Source: Paraspadella gotoi (taxonomy: Eukaryota; Animalia; Chaetognatha). From it: 64,000 nucleotides of DNA. Positions 1 to 14,600 of this stretch are shown in pieces. The notes under the pieces are model-generated. The model had not been told where the DNA came from, did not search any database, and was given only the letters and a program-made list of their open reading frames with translations. Position numbers and translations under genes: made by a program. The first letter of the stretch is position 1; each line of letters starts with the position of its first letter. The stretch is from contig CM119267.1 in the NCBI GenBank assembly GCA_051294375.1, forward strand, positions 22,941,486 to 23,005,485. The letters run 5' to 3'.

Positions 1-3000
1 TCTTCCTTACCGACGCCTCCCACGCGGGGGCGTTGTCGTTTGGCCGTCCTCCACCGCGATCGCCAGCGTCGCCGTCGCCTCTTTGTTGACGCCGTCCGTT
101 GCCGCGTAACGACCACGACGTGCTCGCGCGCCGACTTCGTAGTCCAGGGGACGGACGGCGCGGACCACGCCTGAGAAGTTGAAATATTTTTAAAATTAAA
201 AATTGACAATAACAATGAGACATGTCAGTTGTTGTTAAGGTTAAAAACTCACCCGTGGCGCGTCGACGGCGAAGTGAGGTTCGGCGACGCCGGTTCGTCG
301 AGGCGTAGACGACCGCGCCGGTTTCGTCGGCCGTCGGCGGCGCGCACCGAAGCCACGATGCGACCAGGTTGGATGTCCTCGCGCGCGCGGGCAGAGTAGA
401 GGCTCTGGGCGAAGACTGGGGCTCGTCGTTTCTAGGGATGGATTGATGGATGGATAAACAGAAAGATTATATAGATATTCTAAAAAAAAAGATAATAGAT
501 ATATGTAATGTTAAAGAATAGACAGACAGACAGACAGACCTAGTTCATAAAGAGAAGCACCAACCTGCTCAGCACGTAGACGATCATCGTTGTCTTCACT
601 GAGATCGGAATCGGACCCGAAGCGAGATCCACGGCGTGGACGTCGACGGAATACTTGGCGCCGCCCCCCTCTCGATCCAGCGGGCGCCGGCGTCGTGACG
701 ATCCCTCTAGCTGCGTCGATCTTGAACAACGCCGGCGCCGCTCGATCTTCGGCGTCGAAAACGTGGGAGAGAAAGTAGCGGATCTATCGTATTTGGAAGA
801 TCTGATTGGGGGGGAAGAATTTTATATCATTAAACGTTTATTGAACGAACATAATAAAACTTACTATTGTAAGGATGATTATTTAATATGATCTATCGGT
901 CGAAAGCATCTTTCGTTTCCATTTAAAATTAAGAAATGAACTTAGGGCGTGGTTCATAAGGTATTTGGAACGGTGGTCACTTTGGAAGTTGATTTTCCGT
1001 TTTGAGAACATAATCACGGGAAGCTATTTTTAAATGATCGAGACTCATTTTGTATTTTGTTTTTATTTGATCATTCGAATATACCTTTAACAACAACTCC
1101 CTTATTCTTATGTCCTTCCGTCGTTGTAGTAGTTTCGTGCCGCCCGGTCAACTTACCCGTTTCTGATAACCGTTTTATTCTCATTTCTCCTTTCTTCTTT
1201 TTCTCTCACCTTCCATCGTTATACTCCGCCTGACCGCCGCCCCAGCGTGTCGGCCGGTTGATTCTCCGCCACTTGTCCCTCGTAGAATGCGTCGCCGAAT
1301 TGAAGGCCGCGGGATAGGAGCTCTTGGGGAAGACGATCATCTTGAAAGGTCTCCTGAAAATAATTTACAAACGTTTAGCAAAACATTTTTCAATCACTCC
1401 AATTCGCGAAGTTTATTGACCGTATAGTTAAATATTTTAACTATGTCTTTTTTCACATTTTTTTTGGGGTTTAAATGCTTGTTAGATATCTATTCTTAAC
1501 ATCATCATTCTTATTCCTCATCATCTTAAAAATATTCTTAACGATATTGCAAGTTTTTTTTTTGCCGGTTCGTTGCCATGACAACCGTACCTTGAGGCGA
1601 CAGTCTCTAAGAAGCGCCGCAACCGTCCGTCGCTTGGAGGACGAGTACGAAAGTTCTGCGGACGCCGGAGAAATCCCTGCGGAAAAGATTATAAAAGTTT
1701 TCAATTCTAAATATTCATAAATATTATTTTTATTAATACATAAATAAGTACAATTCAACCTTTTCTTGATATCCTTATATTCTTAACAATCATAGTTTAG
1801 TTCGTCCGACCCCCTTTCCCTCACCTGTCCAGCGACAACTCTCCCGTCCGCGCGTCGAGCAAGAAGTAACCCGCGCCGCCCGACACGATGGAGAAGGTCG
1901 TCGTGGAGTTGGGCCGACGGCGTCGGCGTCGGTTGCCGACACGGCGACGACTCGGTGACGCGCGTCGGCGTTTTCGTGGACGGCACGGCCGACGGCGTGA
2001 CGAAGACGGCGCGGTTGTCGTTGACGTCCATGACCTAAGAAGAATGGGATTGTTCGATCGGATTAAGAAGAATGTACTATTCGATAACAATCAATATATA
2101 ATTATATATGTTCTCACGTTGGTTATCAAATTGGGTACAAACTATGTAAAACTTATCCAATATCCATTAGTTTAATAAATGAGCAATCATGCCGATGATT
2201 TTGGACACATTATGTCAACCTGTACCGTAAACTATTAAATCAATTTGCTGTTTGCTGTTGTTCTTCGCTAATTTGGAAAGCTTTATTTTTTCATAAGAGT
2301 CGTTAAAAAAAAAAATTCCTCTACTTAAAAAATACGATTTAAATCTAAAAGTCTTATATTAAAAGGAAGTACTTTAATCTATCAAAATAAACTTTTTTAA
2401 TACCGACGCTGTATGAAAGTTGTGTTAAAATTTCTTCATGTTCATATGAGCCTAAAACTTTTAGCAAAAGGCTTGGAAATGAAATGAAATGAAATCGAAA
2501 TGAAATACCGCGTTTTAGTTCAAACTAAAAGTATTCTAACGTTATTTTCATTCACGCAAAAAGAAATATTCAAGAAATATCATACACTATACAATATACA
2601 CAATTACCACGCTTGAAAATATATAATAAATCAAACTTTAGTGGTGATTTGTTTTTCCCTTGTCTTAACCAAGACAACCCAACCCCACCCCGCAGCGCCG
2701 CCGACCTCACCTCTACGACCACCGTCTCCTCCGCCGTTCTTCTCTCAGCCTCTCGCTCCGCGAGTCGACGCCTGATCCGCAGCCGATACACGTCCGCCTT
2801 CTCCGGTCGACGGGCGACTTGAGTAGATCGCCCCGGTGGGAGGCGTCGACGCCGAACTCCTCGCCAGGGGGAGTTTGTTGAAGGAGAGAGAGACGACGCG
2901 GCCGCGTCGCCGGAGTCCGGGTCGGTGCGCGGACGCGGAGAATCTTGGGGAGGATAAGGGAAGAGGGAAAGGTTGAGTTGAGATGAGAGAGGAGAGAGAG

Positions 3001-3002
3001 AG

Positions 3003-3058
<56 letters not shown>

Positions 3059-3070
3059 AGAGAGAGAGAG

Positions 3071-3104
<34 letters not shown>

Positions 3105-4536
3105 GGGAGAGAGAGAGAGAGAGAGAGAGATACAAATGACAGACAGAGAGGAATGCAAGAGGGAAAATTTCCCCTGTCTAGAGATGTTTAGTCAAAATTA
3201 ACAAAATATTCCTAAATTTAACACCTTGTTCCACGGCCCCCTCCTTTCCTCACTCTCCACCGCCGCTTCGTTCTCCACCACTCGCCCGATCAACTCGCCC
3301 GCCTCGAAACGGGCGCGTTGTCGTTTGCGTCGGTCACGGCGACGGGCACGACGATGAAGGCCGACTTGGCGGGCGCCCCTCCGTCCGTTGGCCGACACGT
3401 TGAGCCGAAAGGTCTTGCGATCGAGGCAAGCGTCTCGTAGTCGAGCGCGCGTTCAAGTAGAATGGCGGAAGTGCGGGCGTCGATGCGGAAGGCGTCGCGG
3501 CGTTGCCACCCACGATGGCGTAGGGTGACGGCGCCGTTGACGCCGGCGTCGTGGTCCGTGGCGTGGGCGGACGTGATGTAGGAGTGGACCTTGGGAGGGG
3601 GAAAGGAAATTACGACAAATGAACATCTTGTTATTTTCAAAATATCCGATCTGCGAGAAAAATCTTTTTTTTTCGTAATGATCTTAATCGTAAGACAGAG
3701 AAGATAATAATAATAAAGTGGAAAGTGGACCAGCCTTTTTTTCCTCTCGCTCCGTCTTTATTTCTTTCTCTCGTTCTCAGTTTTCTACCGGAAACGCATT
3801 CAATATATTTAAAAGTATTTTTAGAAACGATTTCTATTTCTCAGAAAAGGGAAAGTTATTTTTCTTTTCCCCTTATGTTTGTTTGCATTTCTTTTAATTA
3901 AAAACAGATGACGACGACAATGACACAATAAAATGACTTAATATAGGAGTGGGACTCAGGTTGTAGATTATATATTACTTGTTACTTCTTTATATTGTTA
4001 ATTTAAATTATTTTTTTTTTTTATTAAAACACAGACAGTGTCAATGACAATAAATCAATAATTCAACTCCAGAAGCGGAAACGAATTGACGGTGGAAAGA
4101 TTCCATTTTTAAAAATATTAGTAATAACAAATACCACAAATTAAGAACAATTACCCTTCTTAAGTAATTTAAAAGCATCATAAAAAATTGGTTATTTTCG
4201 CCCCTTTATCTAACTTTCATGATGAGGTTTTATAGTTATTAATCTTAAAAACTAAGACATACGCTATAAATATAAAAATTTTACCAGCAAATTGTTAAAG
4301 ATAACGATAACCGCAATATGCAAATGAAATTAAAATCTTAGATTCGTCCGTTAATTTAAGATTGAGGTCACTGCGAGCGATAAGCGAGGGTTTCATAAAG
4401 AACTAATAGACAAATAGTAGTAAACGTGTAAGTTAAGGAAGTTAATTAAAGAAATTACTTATTATTTAAAAAAAAAAATGGTCAAGAATTATTTACAAAA
4501 ACGAGTTACAAGACAAGAGACAAGAGGCAAAAATGA

Positions 4537-4585
<49 letters not shown>

Positions 4586-5127
4586 CCTCCCCTCACCTCC
4601 GCCTCCTCCGACACCGTCCACCGTCCTCGGCAGCGGATCGTCGAAGGTCGGGTAGTTATCGTTCTCGTCGTCGACGTCTACGTCGACGGGACGTTGGCCG
4701 CCAGCGGAGGCACGCCCAGATCCTCTGCGGTGACGGTGAGCGAGAAGCGGGAACCGTCTCGCGGTCGAGTCGCCCGTCGACGCGGATCACGCCGACGGAA
4801 GGATCGACGGAGAAGAGGTCGAGGTGGTTCCCGTCGGAGATGAAGTATCTGTGTTGTTTTGGAAAAAGGAGGGAGCGGGAGGTTTTGGTCAATAATAATA
4901 TAATAAATATACTGTTAAAAAATAGGGCTGTGTCGCGCTTGTCAATAACTTGTCAATAACTTGTCAATAACTTGTCAATAACTTGTCATAACTTGTCAAT
5001 AACTTGTCAATAACTTGTCATTTCATTTCAAAGGCAAAGAATTAGTCAAAAATAAGTAGTTATACCACCAAAGCCTCTCTAAAGTTTGGGGCAAGATAGC
5101 TTTCTCTCTCTCTTCTCTCTCTTCTCT

Positions 5128-5186
<59 letters not shown>

Positions 5187-8100
5187 CTCTCTCATCTTCC
5201 CTTACCTCACAAAAGCGTTCCTCCGTCATCCTCATCAACCGCGCGCGACGACGACCTTGGCTCCGACCTCGGCCGATTCGAGACGCGCGCGGAATAAGAG
5301 GCGCGTTTGAAGACGGGGGCGTGGGTCGTTGCGGTCCGTGATCTTCAATCTGTGTGTGGGGTAGGTGTTTTGGTGTGAGAGAGGGAAGAATCGGGGAGAT
5401 TGAAACGTTTGACTTTTTACGTACTAATCATTTACAATCAAAGAGAAATCTCAAGAAATCAGTTTAATATTGCTCTACGCAGTATGTGCTTCAACTAATC
5501 TAAACTCGATCGTCTTAATTGTGACCTTTTTCACTTCCTTTTTATGGTCGTTTTCTTTCTTCTTCTCTTTCTCTTCTCTTCTCTTTCTCTTCTCTTCTCT
5601 TCTCTTCTCTTCTCTTTCTTCTCTTTTTCTCTTTCTTCTCTTTTCTTTCCTTTCTTTCCTTTTCCTTTCCTTTCCTTTTCCTTTACTTTACTTTTACTTT
5701 ACTTACTTTACTTTACTTTACTTTACTTTACTTTACTTTACTTTACTTTACTTTCTTTCTTTCTTTTCTTTTCTTTCTTTTTTTCCTTCCTTTTCTTTAT
5801 TTCCTTTCCTCCAACCCCCTCACCTCAACTTCGCCTCTCCGCTCCTCCTCGACGACCCCTTGTCTTCCACCCTGACCCCGATCTCCAGAACATCTCCGCG
5901 AATCTCCCCGACGATCGCCTCTCGATCGAACATCCTCGCCGTCCGAACTTCGCCGCTGTGGGCGTCGACGACGACGTCGACTTGTCGGGCGTCGGTCGCG
6001 GAGAAGGCGAGGAGGCCGTTGAGGCCGGAGTCGCGTCGGAGGCTTCGAGGCGACCCGACGGAGTTGGGTGGAGAGTTCTCGGGGACGGAGAGGGCGAAGA
6101 TCTGAGGGGGAGAGAGAGGGGGGATTTTAGGGGAGGGGGGAAGGGAAAATAACCAATTTAGTTTTAATTAGTTAGTTATTTTTTTAAATATAAGCGTAAA
6201 AAACAAGTAAATAAAAAGAACAAACAAACAAACAAAAAAAACAAAACAACAAAAAACAACAAAAACTCAAAAAGACGTAAAAACATAAAACAAATTCAAA
6301 CTAATAAATAAAAAATAAAAAATATAAACCAAAAAGAATTAAACAAAAATAAAAGCCAAACAAAACAAAGGAAACCAAAAACAAAGGACTAACTAACCAA
6401 AAACTTACCTTTTTGGCAAAGACGGATCGTTATCGTTGACGTCGATCAGATGAACCCTGACCTCGGCCTCACCGCGACGCCGCAACGCCGGATCGACGGC
6501 GCGGTCTTCGGCGACGACGCCGAGACGAAAACTCGCGGCGCCGCTCGAAGTCCAAGCGGCGCGCCACGTAGAGGCATCCGTCGGGGAAGATGGCGAAGGC
6601 GGCGTCTTCGTTGCCGGCGGAGGAGAGTCGGTAGGAGATCTTCGGGGGAGAGGAGATAGTTCAATAAAAAATATTATGCGAGCAGATATATGATACAATG
6701 CAGTATTAACAATTTTACAATGTATTTTTTAGTTTGTTTCTTTAATGCTTATTAATCAAAGACATAATTCGGGGGGGAAAAAAGTAGTGCGTTCGGGATC
6801 TCAAATATTAGCAGCTCTGCTTAGGATAATTGCCTAATTTAAATAATGTTTAAATAATTTCTTATCTAAGATCCCATTCTTAAACCAATCCAGCATCCAA
6901 CATCTCCTTCATCACCGACTACCCATGATCTCATCTCCACCAGAGACAACAAGCCCCCAACTCACCTCCCCATTGATTCCCACATCCTCGCCGTCGCCTT
7001 CAAACAATGGAACCGTCCGTTGACTTCCTCGTCTTTCCTCCAAATAAACGTCATGTGTTCGATTCTCAAAAATCGGAGCGTGATCGTTGACGTCGTTGAC
7101 GAGGAGTTGGAGATCGAGCCGCGCTCTAGCGGCGGCGTCCCTCCGTCCGTCGCCACAACGCGTACGTCGGAGAAGAGCGCCGGGGATGGCGCCGATGACG
7201 CCGGTCGGCGCCGTTTTGATCTAACGACGCCGGATACGGAATCGATCTCGACCAACCCGCCGGCGTCATTTCAAGCCGGTACGAATCCGTCCGTTGACGC
7301 CCGCGTCAGGGTCCGACGCCGCGGCCGTCGAAAATGGGCGTGTGTGGCGCGGCGTTCTCGTCGACGTCGACGACGACGCCGGCGATGTGGACGGCGTCGT
7401 TCCACGCCGGTCGATGATCGTTGACGTCGAGAACGACGAGCGGACGTGAGTTTCGTCGTAATCGTCGTCGTCGGCGACGGTGGCGCCCAAGCGGCGACGG
7501 TCAACGAGTAAAGCTGCGTCAAGATTGTTTAAAACTTTAAATAAATTAGAGCGAATGCTTTATTCCACAATTTAAATACAAACTAAATATAAGCGTTTAT
7601 TTGTATATATTGTGGCAACTACAACACGCGACCTTATCAGATCAAAAATCTCTGCCACAATATTAAAATTTCTAAATTTAAAACGCGAATCGGTCAAGTC
7701 CGACGTTACAGGAATATCGCAGAAGTTATTTTTTTCACAGTTCACTTTTTCACATCCGCAGTTTGATCTCACCTCGGTCTCCTCTCGTCCAGTGATTTCG
7801 CGTAGAGATCTCACCGTCGCCGTGATCGCCAAGCGGCCCGTCGAATTCTCCTTCACGATCGCGAATCTCAAGTTGGCGTCGATTTATCGGGCAGGAGCTC
7901 AACCTGTAAGGATTAAACATTTTAATCTTATATTGACATTTATAAATTTTCTTAAACGAAGTAGTGCGTTTTTACCACAGATTTTGAAAAAAAAGTAGAT
8001 ATTCAGAGTGAACATTGTAAAAATGATTATAACTCATAAAATTTTTTCAGCGGAATTGTAATGACACTCAATCTGTGATCTAACCTTTCCGACACGCGTC

Positions 8101-10670
8101 GACTCTTTAAGAGCAGTTCCGGCTCAGAGTCTTCGCGAATTTGAAAGACGAACGCTGGCTGGCGAAGAGAGGCGTCGAGGGTGAGGTCGACTTCTTAGTG
8201 AGGATCTGGAGGTAAGTAAAGATTAAGTAAAGATAAAGAGAAGATAAGCTCCCTTCGATTCTTGAGCAAGCCTTACCCAACACCTCACCAAATCCCTCCT
8301 TACCCTCACGTGGACCGACGGCGTCGTTTTCCCGACTTTCTTCCGGCGCCGTCCGTGGCCGAGATCCTCAGCTCGAATATCTTTTTAGTCCCGGCGTCAT
8401 TTTGGTCTAACCGGCGTCCGAGTCTAACGACGCCGGTTCGTTCGTCGATCACGAAAACGCCGTCGTGACCCGATTCCATCTATAGCGAACAACGCCGTTG
8501 AGGCCGGCGTCGGGATCGGCGGCGACGACGGCGATGACGTCGTGGTGGGCGTGGCTGTGGCGGCGGTCGACGGAGGAGTGGTAGACGGAGGGTGAAAAGT
8601 AGGCGCGTTGTCTGGATGGGAGATGGAATTATTTAGAAAAATTTTAACCTCTAGTAAGTATTAATTATAACTTCGTATCAGAAAAAATTGTATTTACAGT
8701 AAAAACAGACAAACGAGACAGAAATAAACGAATCGAAATAATGATAAAAAAATCTTAAAAGTATAGTGATCTCGCCAGACCTTACTATCAAAGAAAAATT
8801 AATGAAAAAGTACTATAATCTAATTTGCATATTTGCAGTAAATCATAATTAAATGGAAATTCAAACAAAAAATATTTGAATAGATATAAAACAAATAAAA
8901 TGGATACACATTTAAACTTCCTCACTGCCTCACTAATGGAACTGATAACTAGATAGTTAAAAATTCAAAAAAATGCTGCAAGTTAATAAAATTATGCAAA
9001 GTTGAAAAAATTATGCAGTTGAAAAAATTATACAAGTTAAAAAATTATGCAAGTTAAAAAATTATGCAAGTTGAAAAAATTGTTGCAAGTTAAATAAATT
9101 ATGCAAGTTGAAAATTGTGCAAGTTGAAAAAATTATGCAAGTTGAAAAAATTATGCAAGTTGAAAAAATATAAAGTTAATTATCAAGTTAAAAAATTATG
9201 CAAGTTTGAAAAAATTATATGAAATGTGAGAAAAATATGCAAGTAAATGCAATTAAAAACAATTGAAATAGCAAATTAAAAAATTTCATTGAAATTATCA
9301 GTGAAAAAATTGTGAGAGTTAAAAATTATGCAATTGAAAATTTCAATTTAAATAGCAAGTTAAAAAAGCATTGAAAAAATATTAACAAGTTAAAATTATG
9401 GCAAGTTAAAAAATTATCAGTTGAAAAAATGCGTTGAATTATGCTGAAAAAAATCAGTGAAAATTTTAAGTTGAAAATTATGCATAAAAATAGTATGAAA
9501 ATTTGCAAGTAAAGATTAAACTACATTGTAACGACTTCCATCCTAAAGGTAAATCCATCTTAAAAAAAACTTTATATAAACTTATATTTCTCTACTGCGT
9601 CATGCAATAGATTAAAATGAAAAGAAAATTAGGTAATTTATAAGATTTCATTAAACTGTTTGAATACATTTAAGAAGAATATAAAATCCCGTTCTCGTCG
9701 GCGATCTCAACTCCACGACGCACGTGGACGATCTCTCGGCGACCTCCGTCCTCGGCGACGACGACGATCGATAGGACGCGCGCGCCTCTCGTCGAAGCCG
9801 CCGAAGTCGACGGCCGGACGGAGACGACGCCTGCGCCGGAAACGGAAAAGACGCCGGGAAAAAGCGGCGTCGGTGCGTGGGTGGAGTCGGAGGGAGACGG
9901 CGCCGTTGGAGCCTGGAGAGAGAGAGAGGGGTAGGTGAGGGTGAGGGAAGGTTCAAAGGGGGTGTGACTTTGATCAGGTTCATGCGGTCACTTTGAGGTT
10001 TAAGCCCGATACCGAACACGCAGATAAAAAATTAGGGACCGGTTCACGGTTCTGTTTTGGTTAATAACCAATGGTTATTGATGATGCTGATGATACTGTT
10101 GATGCGAGTTTGGGACTATAACAGTCATTATTTTAAATTAGAAACGTTTAAAAAACTTGACATAACAAAAAAAAAAAAAAAACTGAATGAAAACAACTAT
10201 CCACAATTAAAAAGCTGCCATCGTGCCGACGAGAGAATAATTCGGCTTATATGCTACGACTCGATCACTCATCGCTTTATCAGTCATGCTTCTATCTATC
10301 ACATTATCAGTAGCGAATTTTGGTTATAAAAAAAAAAACGCAGAATCGAGCGGAAAGATAAGAAGACTAGAGAAGAGTAAACAAAAACAAAAGACGTATA
10401 GATTCGCGGTTTGTGTTGTTGTCGTCGTCTTCGTATTTCTCCTCCTCCTCCTCCTCCTCCTCCTGTCTGCAACCCTCCTTCGTCGGGGTCAAAGTTGTCA
10501 GGAGATTCGTCATTCGATATCTCGTCGAATATAACCGCTTCCCTGTTCTCCTGTTTCTCCTGTTCTCCTGTTCTCCTAGTTTCTCTTTCCTCTCCCCTCC
10601 CTCATCGCCCATCCTTCCCCTCTTTTGAGGGACAGCTGGGAATTTCGTTTGTTGATCACCGTTCGTCGTC
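1..10670 (-). pseudogene. Inverted, indel-rich duplicate of the Fat cadherin region 10945-21364 (probable haplotype/gap-filling artefact; otherwise a duplicated pseudogene fragment)
   Basis: 1-40 is the reverse complement of 21325-21364, and about 10633-10670 matches the reverse complement of 10945-10982. Exons, introns and microsatellites are colinear. Exons are broken by many 1-bp indels. The copy ends next to a 25-N gap. Confidence 0.9.
8975..9510. repeat. Degenerate 18-19 bp minisatellite (AAAAAATTATGCAAGTTG), left-arm copy
   Basis: Many tandem variants of ttatgcaagttgaaaaaa. Counterpart of 12135-12390, but about twice as long. Confidence 0.85.
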
Positions 10671-10768
10671 CGTTGTCGTGTCGTCGTCGTTCGTCGGTTC
10701 TCATCGTCGTCCGCTTTCAACTTCCATAAACCAACGACAAATTATCTTCTTAGTCGGGGAAAAACAAG

Positions 10769-10837
<69 letters not shown>

Positions 10838-10919
10838 CTCACTCTCTCTCTCTCTCTGTCCGGTCCGTAACCCAAACGACAATTATCTTCTTAGGGAGAA
10901 GCGGAGAAGGGATTTCGAT

Positions 10920-10944
10920 NNNNNNNNNNNNNNNNNNNNNNNNN
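10920..10944. other. Assembly gap, exactly 25 N
   Basis: Counted directly. Lies between the arms of the inverted duplication. Confidence 0.99.
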
Positions 10945-11688
10945 ACGACGACGGTGATCAACAAAACGAAATTCCCAGCTGTCCCTCAAAAAGAGGGGAA
11001 GGATGGGCGATGAGGGGAGGGGAGAGGAAAGAGAACTGGAGAACAGGAGAACAGGAGAACAGGAGAACAGGGAAGCGGTTATATTCGACGAGATATCGAA
11101 TGACGAATCTCCTGACAACTTTGACCCCGACGAAGGAGGGTTGCAGGAGGAGGAGGAGGAGGAGGAGGAGGAGGAGGAGAAGTACGAAGACGACGACAAC
11201 AACACAAACCGCGAATCTTACGTCTTTTGTTTTTGTTTACTCTTCTCTAGTCTTCTTATCTTTCCGCTCGATTTCGCGGTTTTTTTTTTATAACCAAATT
11301 CGCTACTGATATGATAGAAGCGATGACTGATAAAGCGATGAGTGATCGATCGTAGCATATAAGCGAATTATTCTCTCGTCGGCACGATGGCAGCTGTTTA
11401 ATTGTGGTAGTTGTTTTTCATTCAGTTTTTTTTTGTTTATGTTCAAGTTTTTTAAACGTTTCTAATTTAAAATAATGACTGTTATAGTCCCAAACTCGCA
11501 TCAACAGTATCATCAGCATCATCAATAACCATTGGTTATTAACCAAAACAGAACCGGTCGAACCGGTCCCTAATTTTTTTATCTGCGTGTTCGGTATCGG
11601 GCTTAAACCTCAAAGTGACCGCTATGAACCTGTCAACCACCCCCTTTGAACCTTCCCTCACCCTCCCCTACCCTCTCTCTCTCTCCAG

Positions 11689-14600
11689 GCTCCAACGGCG
11701 CCGTCTCCCTCCGACTCCACCCACGCACCGACGCCGCTTTTCCCGGCGTCTTTTCCGTTTCCGGCGCAGGCGTCGTCTCCGTCCGGCGTCCGACTTCCGG
11801 CGGCTTCGATCGAGAGGCGCGCGCGTCCTATTCGATCGTCGTCGTCGCCGAGGACGGAGGGTCGCCGAGAAGATCGTCCACGTGCGTCGTGGAGGTTGAG
11901 ATCGCCGACGAGAACGGTGAGTTTTATATTTCTTCTTAAATGTATTCAAAACAGTTTAATGAAATCTTTATAAATTAACCTAAATTTTCTTTTCATTTTT
12001 AATCTAATTTGCATGACGCAGTAGAGAAAATATATTATAAGTTTTATAAAATTAAAGATTTTTTTTTAATGAATGGAGATAATTACACCTTTTAGGAATT
12101 GATTAAGTCGTGTACTTAATGTTAAGCTTTAATACTTTAACTTGCATATTTTTTTCAGACTTTACATTATTTTTTTTAACTTGCATAATTTTTCAACTTG
12201 ATAATTTTTCAACTTGCATAATTTTTTCAACTTGCATAATTTTTTTCAACTTGCATAATTATTTAAACTTGTATAATTTTTTTATCTTGCATAAATTTTT
12301 TCAACTTGCAATATTTTTTAAACTTGCTATAATTTTTTTACTTGCCATAATTTTTTCAACTTGCATAATTTTTTCAACTTGCCAGCATTTTTTTGAATTT
12401 TTAACTATCTAGTTATCAAGTTCCATTAGTGAGGCAGTGAGGAAGTTGAAATGTGTATCCATTTTATTTGTTTTATATCTATTCAATATTTTTTGTTTGA
12501 ATTTCCATTTAATTATGATTTACTGCAATATGCAAATTAGATTATAGTACTTTTTCATTAATTTTCTTTGATAGTAAAGTCTGGCGAGATCACTATACTT
12601 TTAAGATTTTTTTTATCATTATTTCGATTCGTTTATTTCTGTCTCGTTTGTCTGTTTTTACTGTAAATACAATTTTTTTCTGATACGAAGTTATAATTAA
12701 TACTTACTAGAGGTTAAACATTTTCTAAATAATTCCATCTCCCATCCAGACAACGCGCCTACTTTTCACCCTTCCGTCTACCACTCCTCCGTCGACGCCG
12801 CCACAGCCACGCCCACCACCGACGTCATCGCCGTCGTCGCCGCCGATCCCGACGCCGGCCTCAACGGCGTTGTTCGCTATAAGATGGAATCGGGTCACGA
12901 CGGCGTTTTCGTGATCGACGAACGAACCGGCGTCGTTAGACTCGGACGCCGGTTAGACCAAAATGACGCCGGGACTAAAAAGATATTCGAGCTGAGGATC
13001 TCGGCCACGGACGGCGCCGGAAGAAAGTCGGAAAACGACGCCGTGGTCCACGTGAGGGTAAGGAGGGATTTGGGTGAGGTTGTTGGGTAAGGCTTGCTCA
13101 AGATCGAAGGGAGCTTATCTTCTCTTTATCTTTACTTAATCTTTACTTACCTCCAGATCCTCACTAAGAAGTCGACCTCACCCTCGACGCCTCTCTTCGC
13201 CAGCCAGGCGTTCGTCTTTCAAATTCGCGAAGACTCTGACGCGGAACTGCTCTTCAAGAGTCGACGCGTCGGAAAGGTTAGATCACAGATTGAGTGTCAT
13301 TACGATTCCGCTGAAAAAATTTTATGAGTTAATAATCATTTTTACAATGTTCACTCTGAATTATCTACTTTTTTTTTCAAAATCTGTGGTAAAAACGCAC
13401 TACTTCGTTTAAGAAAATTTTTATAAATGTGCAATATAAGATTAAAATGTTTAATCCTTACAGGTTGAGCTCCTGCCCGATAAATCGACGGCCAACTTGA
13501 GATTCGCGATCGTGAAGGGAGATTCGACGGGCCGCTTGGCGATCAACGGCGACGGTGAGATCTTCACGGCGAAATCACTGGACAGAGAGGAGACCGAGGT
13601 GAGATCAAACTGCGGATGTGAAAAAGTGAACGTGTGATAAAAACTGAATTTTCTTCTGCGATATTCCTGTAATCGTCGGACGTGACCGATTCGTCGTTTT
13701 TAAATTTAGAAATTTTTAAATTGTGGCGAGAATTTTTGATCTGATAAGGTCGCGTGTTGTAGTTGCCACAATATACATTATACAAATACACGCTTATATT
13801 TAGTTTGTTAATTAAATTGTCGGAAGTAAAGCATTCGCTCTAAATTTATTTAAAGTTTTAAACAATCTTTGACGCAGCTTTACTCGTTGACCGTCGCCGC
13901 TTGGGGCGCCACCGTCGCCGACGACGACGATTACGACGAAACTCACGTCCGCATCGTCGTTCTCGACGTCAACGATCATCGACCGGCGTGGAACGACGCC
14001 GTCCACATCGCCGGCGTCGTCGTCGACGTCGACGAGAACGCCGCGCCACACACGCCCATTTTCGACGCCGCGGCGTCGGACCCTGACGCGGGCGTCAACG
14101 GACGGATTCGCTACCGGCTTGAAAATGACGCCGGCGGGTTGGTCGAGATCGATTCCGTATCCGGCGTCGTTAAGATCAAAACGGCGCCGACCGGCGTCAT
14201 CGGCGCCATCCCCGGCGCTCTTCTCGACGTACGCGTTGTGGCGACGGACGGAGGGACGCCGGCGCTAGAGGCGCGGCTCGATCTCCAACTCCTCGTCAAC
14301 GACGTCAACGATCACGCTCCGATTTTTGAGAATCGAACACATGACGTTTATTTGGAGGAAGACGAGGAAGTCAACGGACGGTTCCATTGTTTGAAGGCGA
14401 CGGACGAGGATGTGGGAATCAATGGGGAGGTGAGTTGGGGGCTTTGTTGTCTCTGGTGGAGATGAGATCATGGGTGAGTCGGTGAATGAAGGAGATGTTG
14501 GATGCTGGATTGTTTAAGAATTGGGATCTTAGATAAGAACATTATTTAAACATTATTTAAATTAGGCAATTAATCCTAACGCAGAGCTGCTAATATTTGA

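Noticed and set aside
2713-6152. Long ORFs of SLSLSL, ERERER or LLYFT type, here and throughout the window
   Set aside because: They are translations of (CT)n, (GA)n and pentamer microsatellites, not proteins.
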